From contig JANMAO010000187.1 of NCBI GenBank assembly GCA_031359875.1, forward strand, positions 19,208-83,207: a stretch of DNA of 64,000 bases, written 5' to 3'. A program made the position numbers and the translations under genes. Under the pieces are notes generated by a model. The model saw only the letters and a list, made by a program, of their open reading frames with translations, searched no databases and had not been told where the DNA came from. This document shows, one piece after another, positions 28,794-38,224 of this stretch (its first letter is position 1; every line of letters begins with the position of its first letter). Source of the DNA: Lysobacter sp. GTDB taxonomy: Bacteria; Pseudomonadota; Gammaproteobacteria; Xanthomonadales; Xanthomonadaceae.

Positions 28794-29092
28794 TGGCTCC
28801 CATCCCGCCATCGAAGCGTGTCGCTGCGAGCCGCGCGCGAGCGATCGCCGCCGGCGCGCGCCGGCTTCCGAGTGGCCTACTTCCAGCGGAGTCCGCCGCG
28901 GCACTGGATGACCTTCTCAAGGCCGGCTACGCCCAGGGGGTCGCGGCATGCATTGCGCGCTCGCTCGTAGAAGCCAATGGGCGCCAGCGAACCTCACCAA
29001 CCACTCGTCCCACCACCACCACCAAAGAGGAGGTATCACCATGCCAAAGTTCGCAACAACGCCCTCGATCAAGCCGATCAAGGAAGCCCTGA
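28793..29092 (+). CDS. Small hypothetical DNA-binding-like protein
   Basis: TAATG-coupled; RVAASRARAIAAGARRLPSGLL. Confidence 0.5.
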   Translation: MAPIPPSKRVAASRARAIAAGARRLPSGLLPAESAAALDDLLKAGYAQGVAACIARSLVEANGRQRTSPTTRPTTTTKEEVSPCQSSQQRPRSSRSRKP

Positions 29093-29385
29093 ACCGCACC
29101 GCACTGGTCGCGCACATCGTTGAAAAGACCGAGCTGGCCGCCAAGGACGTCAAGGCCGTCCTCAGCGCACTGGAGTCGGCCGCCGTCGGCTCGCTGCACA
29201 AGAAAGGCGTCGGCCAGTTCACTCTGCCGGGCCTGTTGAAGATCACCGCGGTCAAGGTGCCGGCCAAGCCCAAGCGCAAGGGCATCAATCCGTTCACCAA
29301 GCTCGAACAGGTGTTCGCGGCCAAGCCAGCCAGCATCAAGGTCAAGGTTCGGCCGTTGAAGCGTCTCAAGGACGCCGCGCAGTAA
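29041..29385 (+). CDS. HU-family histone-like DNA-binding protein
   Basis: GAGGAGG RBS; FTLPGLLKI..PKRKGINPFT..FAAKPASIKVKVRPLKRLKDA. Confidence 0.92.
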   Translation: MPKFATTPSIKPIKEALNRTALVAHIVEKTELAAKDVKAVLSALESAAVGSLHKKGVGQFTLPGLLKITAVKVPAKPKRKGINPFTKLEQVFAAKPASIKVKVRPLKRLKDAAQ

Positions 29386-29390
29386 GTCGA

Positions 29391-29434
29391 CCACCAGGCG
29401 CTCACCCGCGCGAACAAAGGGGAGCGCCTGGTGG
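29391..29434 (+). terminator. 13-bp stem hairpin downstream of the HU gene (no U-tract)
   Basis: CCACCAGGCGCTC / GAGCGCCTGGTGG. Confidence 0.45.
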
Positions 29435-29463
29435 CGTACCTCACGCCGTATACAGGAGGTCGA

Positions 29464-29691
29464 ATGACAATCAGGCCCGCACCCGCCAACGACGCATCCG
29501 TCGAGCTCAAGGTCGCCGAGAGCATCCACGGCACGTATTTCTACCACCTCAGTCGCATGCCGCACTCCACCATCGCGCTGTGCGGCGCGCGCACCATGTC
29601 GACCAGCATCCCGGTCAACGCGTGGGGTGTGACGACGAGTCATCTGCACGAGCGCTACTGCGCGCGCTGCGCCGAGCTTCGTGACGCCTGA
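29464..29691 (+). CDS. Small His/Cys-containing hypothetical protein
   Basis: AGGAGG RBS; YHL..ALCG..YCARC. Confidence 0.6.
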   Translation: MTIRPAPANDASVELKVAESIHGTYFYHLSRMPHSTIALCGARTMSTSIPVNAWGVTTSHLHERYCARCAELRDA

Positions 29692-29729
29692 CCGGCTGCG
29701 CGACCGAACTATTCCTGGAGCAGTACCCC

Positions 29730-31403
29730 GTGCGTATCGCCGACCCCTACAAGGACAAAGTGCTGGCCGCGACCGACATCGTGAAGGTGATCGGTGGCAG
29801 GATCGAGCTCAAGCGCGCCGGCCGGGAATACGCCGGTTGTTGTCCGTTTCACGAGGAAAAGAGCGCGTCCTTCTACGTCAATCCGGCCAAGCAGGTATAC
29901 AAGTGCCAGGGCTGCGGCGCCGCCGGTAGCGTGATCCGCTTCCTGATGCAGTACGACGGCGTTGGGTTTCACGAAGCGATCGAGACGCTGGCCAAGGAGG
30001 CGGGCATGTTGCCGCTTCAGTACGAGGGCGAGGCGCCAGCCACAAGTCCCGCGCGCACGCTGCTGTATGCCGCGCTGGAGAACGCCACCTCATTCTTCCA
30101 GGAGCAGCTGCTGGCCAGCGCTGAGGCACAGGCCTACTGCGCAAGCCGCGGGCTCTCGGCGGACGCCATCAAGCGCTTCCGTATCGGCTGGGCGCCGGCC
30201 TCGTGGGACAGCCTTGGTAAAGCCCTGGCCCGCTTCGATCCTGCGGTATTGATCAGCGCCGGACTGCTGGTGCCGCGCGAGAAATCGCGGCCGCACGATC
30301 GCTTCCGTTCCCGCTTGATGTTTCCCATCCTCGATCGCCGCGGCCGAGTGATTGCCTTCGGCGGCCGGGTGATCGATTCGGTGTCCGGCCCGAAGTACCT
30401 CAATTCCCCCGAGACTGAGCTGTTCCGCAAGAGCGAGGAGCTGTTCGGGCTCTGGCAGGCCCTGCACCCCGCGCCGGACGCCGGCGGCGGCGCTGCACGC
30501 GCCAAGCCCCGGCCTGACGAGATGATCGTGGTGGAGGGCTACACCGACGTGGTGGTGCTGCACCTGGCCGGCATCACCAACGCCGTAGCGACGCTCGGTA
30601 CCGCGATGTCAGCGTCGCATGCCGGCATGCTTTTCCCGCTGGCGCCGAACCTCGTGTTCTGCTTTGACGGCGACGCCGCCGGCACGGCTGCCGCGTGGCG
30701 CGCGCTTGAGGTTGTGCTGCCCCACCTCACCGAGGGGCGAGCGGTGCGCTTTGCGTTCCTGCCCAAGGGCGAGGATCCGGACAGCCTGGTCCGGCGCGCC
30801 GGCGCCGCCGCATTTGATGCGCAGATCGGATCAGCCGTCCCGTTGTCGGAATACCTTTTCCTGAATCTCGAGCGCGAATATGGCGTTTCAAGCCTTGAAG
30901 CCCGCGCACGCGTCGCCGATCGGGCGAGCGCCCTCATCAGACAGGTTCCCGAAGGGTTTTATCAGCGGCTGCTGCAGGGCGAGCTCGAGCGCCGGGTTGG
31001 CGCCGCTCCTGTGCCAGCCCCTGCAGCTCTTGCTCCGTCTCCTACCGACTCGTCCGGCATTGCCTTCTCGCTGCTTGGCATGCTGATGTCATATCCCGCG
31101 CTGGTCAGCGCTATCCCGCCTGGCGCATTGGACGGGATCGATTTACCTGGCATGGCTGTCCTCGCGCGCGCCGCTGAAGACCTGGCTACCAAGGGCGGGG
31201 CCAAGGATCGCCAGCCGGCGCCGCCGGAGGCTGTCCAGCGGCTCTTTGCGACGGAGTTGGCTGCACTCCCGAGGTTACCGCCGGCGTTGCCTGCGGCAGC
31301 GCCACCAAAGCTTCATGTCGTGCCTCCGCTGCGTTCCAGCGAGGGAGCGGCCGGAAAAGTGGAGGGGGTAGACCCTCGGTTGGCGGACTTCCTTGGTTCG
31401 TAA
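29730..31403 (+). CDS. dnaG: DnaG-type DNA primase
   Basis: CHC2 finger CPFHEEKSASF..CQGC, DRFRSRLMFPI, FGGR, PKYLNSPET, TOPRIM VEGYTDV, FDGD, DPD. Confidence 0.95.
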   Translation: MRIADPYKDKVLAATDIVKVIGGRIELKRAGREYAGCCPFHEEKSASFYVNPAKQVYKCQGCGAAGSVIRFLMQYDGVGFHEAIETLAKEAGMLPLQYEGEAPATSPARTLLYAALENATSFFQEQLLASAEAQAYCASRGLSADAIKRFRIGWAPASWDSLGKALARFDPAVLISAGLLVPREKSRPHDRFRSRLMFPILDRRGRVIAFGGRVIDSVSGPKYLNSPETELFRKSEELFGLWQALHPAPDAGGGAARAKPRPDEMIVVEGYTDVVVLHLAGITNAVATLGTAMSASHAGMLFPLAPNLVFCFDGDAAGTAAAWRALEVVLPHLTEGRAVRFAFLPKGEDPDSLVRRAGAAAFDAQIGSAVPLSEYLFLNLEREYGVSSLEARARVADRASALIRQVPEGFYQRLLQGELERRVGAAPVPAPAALAPSPTDSSGIAFSLLGMLMSYPALVSAIPPGALDGIDLPGMAVLARAAEDLATKGGAKDRQPAPPEAVQRLFATELAALPRLPPALPAAAPPKLHVVPPLRSSEGAAGKVEGVDPRLADFLGS

Positions 31404-31458
31404 CCGACGCTTCATGCGGCGCTTCGCGCCTCACCCATCATGCATCTCAGGAGGTAGT

Positions 31459-32229
31459 TTGAAGACCGAAGACCACGCGCTTTCAGACGGACATTCGATC
31501 ACCGGAACTCGCGGTTCATCGGGGCACGCTGTCGTTTTTGCACTGGCCACGCTTTGTTTGGCCGGCTGCCAGCAGCACGGGCACGAAACGGGAGGTGTTC
31601 TGGGCGAGGTGGCTGCGCACGTGGCCGGCCGCTACGTCGAGCACCGTATCGAGCATCGCGGTGAGGGCGAGGGTCAGTGGTCGCGGAACGACAACGGGTC
31701 GAGTGCTGGTGACGCGCCGGCCGCCGGCCGATACGCAGCGGTGTTTCCTACCGCGGACGCGCTGCCGAACGCCGCCCTGACGCCCGGAGCGCTCAATCCT
31801 GCCGTCACCCAGGAGACGCTGGATCAGACGATCTGTCGACGTGGTGGTTACACGCGCAGCATCCGACCGAGCGAGCACTACACCGAACAGCTCAAGCGCA
31901 AGGGCATTCGTGATTACGGCTACGCTCAAGCCATGGGGCATGACGCTGGCCGCTTCGGAAACTATGAGGAGGACCACCTCATCAGCCTTGAGCTGGGCGG
32001 CTCGCCGACCAGTCGCGCCAACCTGTGGCCGGAGCCGCATCACGTCATCGGCGGCTGGGGTTCCTATGCGAAGGACCGCCTGGAAAACACACTGCACACG
32101 CTGGTCTGTCGACGACGGATTACGCTCGCGACCGCCCAGTACCAGATCTCGCACGACTGGGTGTCTGCCTACAAGCAATACATCGGGGCGACGCCAGACC
32201 AGTCGAGCGCACATCGGTATGGAGGTTGA
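31459..32229 (+). CDS. Lipoprotein with HNH-like nuclease domain
   Basis: LAGC lipobox; LTPGA..TIC..YEEDHLISLELGG..NLWPEP..KDRLENTLHTLVC. Confidence 0.75.
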   Translation: MKTEDHALSDGHSITGTRGSSGHAVVFALATLCLAGCQQHGHETGGVLGEVAAHVAGRYVEHRIEHRGEGEGQWSRNDNGSSAGDAPAAGRYAAVFPTADALPNAALTPGALNPAVTQETLDQTICRRGGYTRSIRPSEHYTEQLKRKGIRDYGYAQAMGHDAGRFGNYEEDHLISLELGGSPTSRANLWPEPHHVIGGWGSYAKDRLENTLHTLVCRRRITLATAQYQISHDWVSAYKQYIGATPDQSSAHRYGG

Positions 32230-32331
32230 TGTCGTGAAACGAATCAAGATTGCTGATTGCCGCCCAACCCGAGGGAGGTTGTCGCCGCTCTCCTCGAATC
32301 GGCGGCCTCTATTTGATGCCGCCGCCACACC

Positions 32332-33999
32332 ATGACAACGCTAACCTTGCCACCACGCGAAACGCTGACCGTCGAGTTCAAGAGTGACCTTAAGCGGCTC
32401 TCCGACAACGATCTGGCCGAGGCCGTAGTGTGTCTGGCCAACGCCGAGGGTGGCGAGCTGTGGTTGGGGGTGGAGGACGACGGCAGCCCAACCGGCCTGC
32501 ATCCCGATCATCGTCAGCTCAATGGGCTGGCTGGCCTGATCGCGGCGCGCACCTCGCCTTCGCTGGCCGTGGCGGTGACGCCGGTGGCCATTGGCGGCAT
32601 CGCGCTGGCGCACATCCGCGTGCCCAAGTCGGCGAGTGAGGTGGCAACTACCGGCGGGGTATATCTGCGCCGCCGCATCAAACACGATGGCCGGCCCGAG
32701 TGCGTGGCTATGCTCCCGCACGACCGCGCCAGCCACGCCACCCGCTTCGGCCTGATGGACGCCTCCGCGCAGCCGGTGGCCGGCGCGCGGCTGGATGACC
32801 TCGACCCGTTGGAGCGCGAGCGCCTGCGCCAGAGCGTGCGGCAGTATGGCGGCGACCGCGTGCTGCTGGAGTTGGACGACGAGGCGATCGATGGCGCGTT
32901 GGGTCTCACCGCGCGTCAGCCCGATGGCTCGCGCGTACCCACGCTCACCGGCTTGCTGCTGCTGGGGCGCGAAGGCGCGCTGCGCCAGCACGTGCCCACG
33001 CACGAGTTCGCGTTCCAGGTGCTGGCGCGCGAGGCGGTGGGCTTCAACGAGTTCCGTCGCTTTCCGCTGCTGAAGGCGCTGGACTGGTTGGAGACCAACT
33101 TTCGCCCCTACAACCCCGAGCGCGAGCTGCTGGTGGGGTTGTTCCGCGTGCCGGTGCCCAAGGTGGACCCGGGCGCCTTCCGCGAGGCGGTCGCCAACGC
33201 GCTGATCCATCGCGACTACCACCGACTCGGCGCGGTGCATGTGCGCCTGCACGACGACGACCTCACCATCAGCAACCCAGGCGGGCTAGTTGAAGGCGTG
33301 ACCTTGGCCAACCTGCTGACCACCGAACCGCGCCCGCGTAATCCGACCCTGGCCGACGCGATGAAGCGCATTGGCGTGGTGGAGCGCTCCGGTCGCGGCG
33401 TGGACACCATCTACCGCGGCATGCTGCGCTTAGGCCGCCCGGAACCGGACTACGGCGCCACCGACAGCAACAGCGTGGTGCTGCGTTTGGCAACGGTCGA
33501 GGCGGATGCCGCGTTCCTGCGGCTGGTGGTAGAAGAAGAAGGTCGTCGCAAGAAGCCCTTGCCGATCGACAGCCTGATCGCGCTGGCGGCGTTGCGTGAG
33601 ATGAAGCGGCTGACGACCGAAGCGCTGGCCGAGCATATCCAGCGCGACCACGCGCAGGCGCGGCGCACCTTGGAGGCGCTGGTGGAGGCTGGCCTGGTGC
33701 AGGCACATGGAGCAACCCGCGGGCGAACCTATACGTTGGTACCGGGGCTGTACCAAGCGGTGGGCGACAAGGCGGGTTACACGCGGCAAGTCGGATTCAG
33801 CCACCTGCAACACGAGCAGCTGGTGTTGAACTATGTGCAGCAGCATGGACAAATCCGTCGTGAAGATGTCATCGAGCTGTGTCGCTTGTCGGGGAGGCAG
33901 GCAAGCAACTTGCTGACGCGACTGCGGGATGCGGGCAAATTGATCGCCCACGGGACAAAGCGTGGTTCGTACTACACCGCTGATCCGGAAGGCGCATGA
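32332..33999 (+). CDS. AlbA_2 (Schlafen-like) + HATPase_c_4 + wHTH protein
   Basis: ETLTVEFKSD, LANAEGG.LWLGVEDDG, FREAVANALIHRDY, ISNPGG, RNPTLA, ERSGRGVD, C-terminal wHTH. Confidence 0.9.
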   Translation: MTTLTLPPRETLTVEFKSDLKRLSDNDLAEAVVCLANAEGGELWLGVEDDGSPTGLHPDHRQLNGLAGLIAARTSPSLAVAVTPVAIGGIALAHIRVPKSASEVATTGGVYLRRRIKHDGRPECVAMLPHDRASHATRFGLMDASAQPVAGARLDDLDPLERERLRQSVRQYGGDRVLLELDDEAIDGALGLTARQPDGSRVPTLTGLLLLGREGALRQHVPTHEFAFQVLAREAVGFNEFRRFPLLKALDWLETNFRPYNPERELLVGLFRVPVPKVDPGAFREAVANALIHRDYHRLGAVHVRLHDDDLTISNPGGLVEGVTLANLLTTEPRPRNPTLADAMKRIGVVERSGRGVDTIYRGMLRLGRPEPDYGATDSNSVVLRLATVEADAAFLRLVVEEEGRRKKPLPIDSLIALAALREMKRLTTEALAEHIQRDHAQARRTLEALVEAGLVQAHGATRGRTYTLVPGLYQAVGDKAGYTRQVGFSHLQHEQLVLNYVQQHGQIRREDVIELCRLSGRQASNLLTRLRDAGKLIAHGTKRGSYYTADPEGA

Positions 34000-34108
34000 G
34001 GGTGTGGCTGGTGACCCGGGCGATCGGATCTGAGCAGTTATGGACAGATATGACCTGTTATGGACGCCTTGCCAAAGTCAGTTGATAGGAAAATCAGAGG
34101 CTTAAAGC

Positions 34109-34491
34109 GTGTCAGGGGAGAGTTATGGCTTGGAATGGGATGCCGTCGAACGGCCTTTTGTGGGGCAACTGGCCGGTCTGGGCTGGGGCTACGTCGAGGG
34201 CGATCCCGACGACCCCGCGCGCACCGACCGCAACACGTTCAAGGACGTGCTGCAGGAAGCCACGCCCGGTGGAGGGTCTGCCGGACTGAAACGGGGGTCG
34301 TGACCAGACCATCCAGTACATCGACTGGGGACACCCCGAGCGCAACACCTTCACGGTGATCAACCAGTACCGCGTGGATTGCCCACCGGGGTTCGATCGG
34401 CTTTACCGGGACGCCGATCCTGATGGGCGAGAAGAAGCGCATGCATGCGATTTTCGGCGAGTTCATCGACAAGTACACCATCCGCGAGGCC
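34109..34491 (+). pseudogene. hsdR: Collapsed remnant of type I restriction subunit HsdR
   Basis: Three abutting fragments: VERPFVGQLAGLGW; DQTIQYIDWGHPERNTFTVINQYRVD; IGFTGTPILMGEKKR..IFGEFIDKYTIREA. Confidence 0.8.
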
Positions 34492-34492
34492 T

Positions 34493-34993
34493 CTACGAAT
34501 CGCCGGCCATGCCGGCGGCCCGACGCACGTTGACCATGGCGCGCTCCGCCACGTGGCCGAACAGCGCCGTGAAATCCGCCTCAGTCCTGCCGGCGTGCAT
34601 GCCGGAGAGCAGCGGGCGCCAATCCATGTCCTCCACGCCACCTTTTGCGTGGTGAACGACGTGATCGAAGCAGCCCATCGAATCCAGCTCAATCCAGACC
34701 ACGTCGCGCACACTGAGGCACTCGACGATTACCTCGCGGTAGCGGGAGATGACAGACCCTGCCGAGCTGGTGGCGCTGAATCCGTAGTTGCGTCCACCAT
34801 CGACGCCGGCCAGATCGGCAATGAGGGCCATGGCGATGGCATCATCCCCCAGGTCGATCCGCGAGGCGTCCAGGAAGATCCCGCCATCGGGTTGCTCGCG
34901 GAGCCCTGTGCGCGCCTCGACCGAGAACCGTGCCTGCAGGTGAGCTTGCTGTTCAGGTGCGTGGGTATTGCGATTCGACGCGGGCAGTGGCAT
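34493..34993 (-). CDS. Hypothetical protein
   Basis: GGAG RBS before ATG 34993. Confidence 0.6.
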   Translation of the reverse strand: MPLPASNRNTHAPEQQAHLQARFSVEARTGLREQPDGGIFLDASRIDLGDDAIAMALIADLAGVDGGRNYGFSATSSAGSVISRYREVIVECLSVRDVVWIELDSMGCFDHVVHHAKGGVEDMDWRPLLSGMHAGRTEADFTALFGHVAERAMVNVRRAAGMAGDS

Positions 34994-35022
34994 CGTTTGG
35001 CTCCAGGTCAGGCATGCCATCT

Positions 35023-35039
35023 TACTATGGCGCGCAACA
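35023..35039 (-). promoter_or_regulatory. 17-bp recurring box, copy 5 (TGTTGCGCGCCATAGTA)
   Basis: Between divergent genes; matches the consensus. Confidence 0.6.
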
Positions 35040-35114
35040 GGTCGGTCAACACACCTGGCTGCCAACGGCATTCGCCCACAGTACCCTTTTTCCATTCCGA
35101 TCAAGGAGTACGTC

Positions 35115-35339
35115 ATGACTTTTCCTGTAACGCTGGGCCGCTCGCACGAGGCTCTTCTCGCCGAATGCGCCGAGGTCCTGAAGCTGACGCCTGAACAGGC
35201 GCTCGAGCGCGCGGTGACTCGCATGCATTGCGCCCTGTTCACCACCGATGCCGAGCCCACCCCGGATATGGCCCAGAGCGCGGCTTCTCTGACCGGCCCG
35301 GATGTCGAAGTGCGCGAACTGCCAGGGTTGTCGCGCTGA
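35115..35339 (+). CDS. Small RHH/CopG-like protein
   Basis: AAGGAG RBS; FPVTL..LLAECAEVLKLTPEQALERAV. Confidence 0.55.
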   Translation: MTFPVTLGRSHEALLAECAEVLKLTPEQALERAVTRMHCALFTTDAEPTPDMAQSAASLTGPDVEVRELPGLSR

Positions 35340-35360
35340 TCCGTGATCACCACACAAGAT

Positions 35361-35392
35361 AACGCCCCGGCTTCAAGTGAAGTCGGGGCGTT
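35361..35392. terminator. Bidirectional terminator hairpin between convergent genes
   Basis: AACGCCCCGGCTTCA / TGAAGTCGGGGCGTT. Confidence 0.7.
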
Positions 35393-35405
35393 TGTGTGTA
35401 ACGGC

Positions 35406-35798
35406 TCAGAGGCGCGTGCTCTGGCAGGCCAAGATGAGGCGTCGGTACAGAGTCGGTGTGCCGATCTCGTCGATCGCTCCCACGATCGTTTCCTTGCAAG
35501 TTCCAGGGCGGAACTGGAAGCGTAGTCCGGCCATGTTGAACCTCGTATCGGTCCTTAGACCTGTGCACTGAAATTCGGGTTCGTCGCTGTAGCACACCAG
35601 CTCGGTAGGTGCATGGTCCTCGCATACGCGGCGCGATGTGCCCAGGGCTGCCGTGACGATCGTCCGCTGATTGCATTTCTCCACGCGGAGAACTATTGCC
35701 GGATGCCACATCAGGCCCTTATCGTGGGATGGCCAGTGGCCCCACAGAATCATCCCTGGTTCGATCTGGGGTGCGTTGCCGTTCGGTGCATTGTTCAT
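35406..35798 (-). CDS. PemK/MazF-like protein
   Basis: PGMILWGHWP..HPAIVL..AALGTS..GL..DTRF pattern. Confidence 0.5.
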   Translation of the reverse strand: MNNAPNGNAPQIEPGMILWGHWPSHDKGLMWHPAIVLRVEKCNQRTIVTAALGTSRRVCEDHAPTELVCYSDEPEFQCTGLRTDTRFNMAGLRFQFRPGTCKETIVGAIDEIGTPTLYRRLILACQSTRL

Positions 35799-35869
35799 GG
35801 TGCGCTCCTATACCTGCCATCGCAGGCTCAAGTGGGATTCGCATCAAGTTGTCGGGAGTGCATAACAGA

Positions 35870-35898
35870 AAAACCCACAACGCAGAGTTGTGGGTTTT
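35870..35898 (-). terminator. Rho-independent terminator
   Basis: AAAACCCACAAC-GCAGA-GTTGTGGGTTTT. Confidence 0.7.
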
Positions 35899-35945
35899 GG
35901 TTTGTCTGGCATCGCGCGCGGTGGGCGCCTTGGTCGTGTAGGTGG

Positions 35946-36362
35946 CTAGTGCGTCTGCTGGGGTGGCAGCAGTCCCTTCACGATCCGCGCCCTCAGTTTC
36001 TCTGTGTAACCAGTCATCTTGAGTGCTCCGAGTGCGAAACCGCAGGCGGCCGGGTAGAGGATCAACACGAACAGCGCGTTCGAGAGCACTGGAGCGCTCT
36101 GGATAAGGTCGCCAGGATGCCCGGCCTGGATCAGTCGAGCCAGCCCCTGCGTATTGCTCAGCCCGATTCCGAGCGGGTCGATGACCAGAAGGAGCACGAG
36201 GCTGCGGATCAGATCGCGAAACAGCATGCGGGCGACGCCTTGCTCGCCGGTCGAGCTATCCAAGGCACCGAGCAGCCAGTTCTTGACCTGGCCGTAGATC
36301 TCGCCAGGCGCGAGCATGATGATCATGATCATGATCGTGTCAATTGAAAACAGTTTGTCCAT
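35946..36362 (-). CDS. Membrane protein
   Basis: GGAG RBS; about 3 hydrophobic segments. Confidence 0.65.
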   Translation of the reverse strand: MDKLFSIDTIMIMIIMLAPGEIYGQVKNWLLGALDSSTGEQGVARMLFRDLIRSLVLLLVIDPLGIGLSNTQGLARLIQAGHPGDLIQSAPVLSNALFVLILYPAACGFALGALKMTGYTEKLRARIVKGLLPPQQTH

Positions 36363-36535
36363 AGATTTCTCCCATCAGTACAGTCGCCGGATCGGCAACG
36401 GTTCGTCCTAGTTGCCGCTGGCGACGATCGGAAGAAGCCCCGCGCGCCGGCGCGTCTTTACCAGTCTCGCTTTCGACAACTCCCCGTGGACACAAAGCAC
36501 CAAGGCTGTCTTGGTGCGCGACCACGAGGTGAGTC

Positions 36536-37402
36536 ATGGAAATCGAGATCAGGCTGGAAGGCGCGGTGATCCGCGGTGCGATCGAGCGTGCGCCGGTCTT
36601 TCTGACGGGGCACCCCGGCCCGGGGTTGATCCTGCTGGGCCAGGGTTCGGAGGGGGTCGTCAAGGCGTACCAGAAAGCCTTGGTGTACGACGCGTCGTGG
36701 AATCCCGACGTGCACGCGATGAACGACGCCAAGTTCCGGCTGCGTCAGGATCCGGCATGGCGCGGGGAGGTTGAGCGGATCGAAGCGGTTTCCCGCGGTC
36801 AGGCAAATGTGGAGCGCTGGATGCTGCTGGATCTGCGATGCATCGGCGAGCCCTTCATGCTGCACGTGGAGAGGCGCGAGATGGAGGACAGCTCCATCGA
36901 ATGGGGGCTGGTCGGATCGGCGTCGGCCGGCCGGGTGAGGGCGGTGTCATCACTCGGGATCTGGCTTCCGGATGAGTCGATGTACGACGAGATGGAGCAG
37001 CTGGCGCGCGTTTATGCGGCAGGCACACTCACCCGTCAGCACGCAGATGCGTATTTCGCGTCGCTGAAGAACGGGACCGCGAAGACTTTCGTCGACCGCG
37101 ATGACGCTCTCGCCTGGATGGGCGCGCATGCATCGCACGCGCTGAGCAGCTACGCACCCCGCGAGCAGGCCACGGCGTTGTCTGCCGCGGCTTGGGACAG
37201 GGCGCAGGCAAGCCTGGATCGGGTCAACAGCATCATCAACATGGACACCTACACCGCCGTAGCGCGACTGGTGGATCGCAACGGTAACGAGCTGTGCGAG
37301 CGTACTGAAGGTCACATCGGCGAGGCCTCTGCGAAGGCAGCCCTGTTCCAGCTGATCGAGCAGCTGCACCCGACGGCGTTCCCCATGCCACGCATGCACT
37401 AA
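36536..37402 (+). CDS. Hypothetical protein
   Basis: GAGGTG RBS; 288 aa; followed by a terminator. Confidence 0.75.
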   Translation: MEIEIRLEGAVIRGAIERAPVFLTGHPGPGLILLGQGSEGVVKAYQKALVYDASWNPDVHAMNDAKFRLRQDPAWRGEVERIEAVSRGQANVERWMLLDLRCIGEPFMLHVERREMEDSSIEWGLVGSASAGRVRAVSSLGIWLPDESMYDEMEQLARVYAAGTLTRQHADAYFASLKNGTAKTFVDRDDALAWMGAHASHALSSYAPREQATALSAAAWDRAQASLDRVNSIINMDTYTAVARLVDRNGNELCERTEGHIGEASAKAALFQLIEQLHPTAFPMPRMH

Positions 37403-37412
37403 CGCACTCCAA

Positions 37413-37452
37413 CCCCTGGCCGGCCATTGCTGCCGCCAGGGGCTTCTTTTTT
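37413..37452 (+). terminator. Rho-independent terminator
   Basis: CCCCTGGC..GCCAGGGG followed by CTTCTTTTTT. Confidence 0.6.
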
Positions 37453-37522
37453 ACGAGGTCCGCGTGGACCAACTCTCGATGAAGCGCCTGGATACCCCGG
37501 CGCACTTAACGAGGCAGACGAC

Positions 37523-38065
37523 ATGCAGCATGCTTTTGATTTTCAGGGTGTCGAGGACTGCGGCGGCGCGACGTACACGCCATGCTCGCTTTCTGAGGTT
37601 CAGGTGAATTACACGCAGCTGAGTGACAGTGAGCGCCGAATCGTGGAGGAAGCGGAGGCAATTCTTTACCGGCTGGCCACCCGGCCAGGCCAATCCATCA
37701 CCTCCCCGAGGGATATCACTCACTTCCTGCAACTGCGTTTGGCTCCGCTGATGCACGAGGAGTTTCACATTGTTCACCTGGATAACCGGCATCGGGTGCT
37801 GGCCGTCGAGCGGTTGTTCCGCGGCACCGTGGACGGCGCTTCCATCCATCCCCGCGAGGTTGTGCGTTCCTGCCTCTTGCACAACACCGCCGCGACGGTG
37901 TTTGCGCACGGGCATCCCAGCGGGTTGGCGGAGCCCAGCGCCGCCGACCGCGTTATCACGAAAGAGTTGACAGAAGCCCTCCGGTACATCGGTGTACGCG
38001 TTCTGGACCACGTCGTGGTTGCTTCTGGCGAGTGCGTCTCAATGGCTGCTCGAGGACTCATCTGA
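37523..38065 (+). CDS. radC: RadC-like JAB-domain protein
   Basis: EEF..LDNRHRV..LFRGTVDGASIHPREV..AHGHPSG..PSAAD..VLDHVVV. Confidence 0.93.
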   Translation: MQHAFDFQGVEDCGGATYTPCSLSEVQVNYTQLSDSERRIVEEAEAILYRLATRPGQSITSPRDITHFLQLRLAPLMHEEFHIVHLDNRHRVLAVERLFRGTVDGASIHPREVVRSCLLHNTAATVFAHGHPSGLAEPSAADRVITKELTEALRYIGVRVLDHVVVASGECVSMAARGLI

Positions 38066-38088
38066 CCCTCCCGCCGGCTGGCCGTTTT

Positions 38089-38105
38089 TACAAGCCAACG
38101 CAACG
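38089..38105 (-). promoter_or_regulatory. 17-bp recurring box, copy 6 (CGTTGCGTTGGCTTGTA)
   Basis: Intergenic; matches the consensus. Confidence 0.5.
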
Positions 38106-38224
38106 ACAACTAACACGAAAGAAATGAACCAGACCGGCGAGGTGCGTAATCCTCGACCCGATGCCTGGATGGCGATAGGCCCATGACAGTGTGCGGTAGC
38201 AACCGTCATTGAGCCACGCCAAAT

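Noticed and set aside
17063-29092. Prophage
   Set aside because: No integrase, terminase, capsid, tail or lysis genes, and the region shares regulatory boxes with the transfer operons.
32332-33999. Possible RecG helicase label
   Set aside because: No helicase motifs; only the AlbA_2/HATPase_c_4 architecture that is often mislabelled as RecG.
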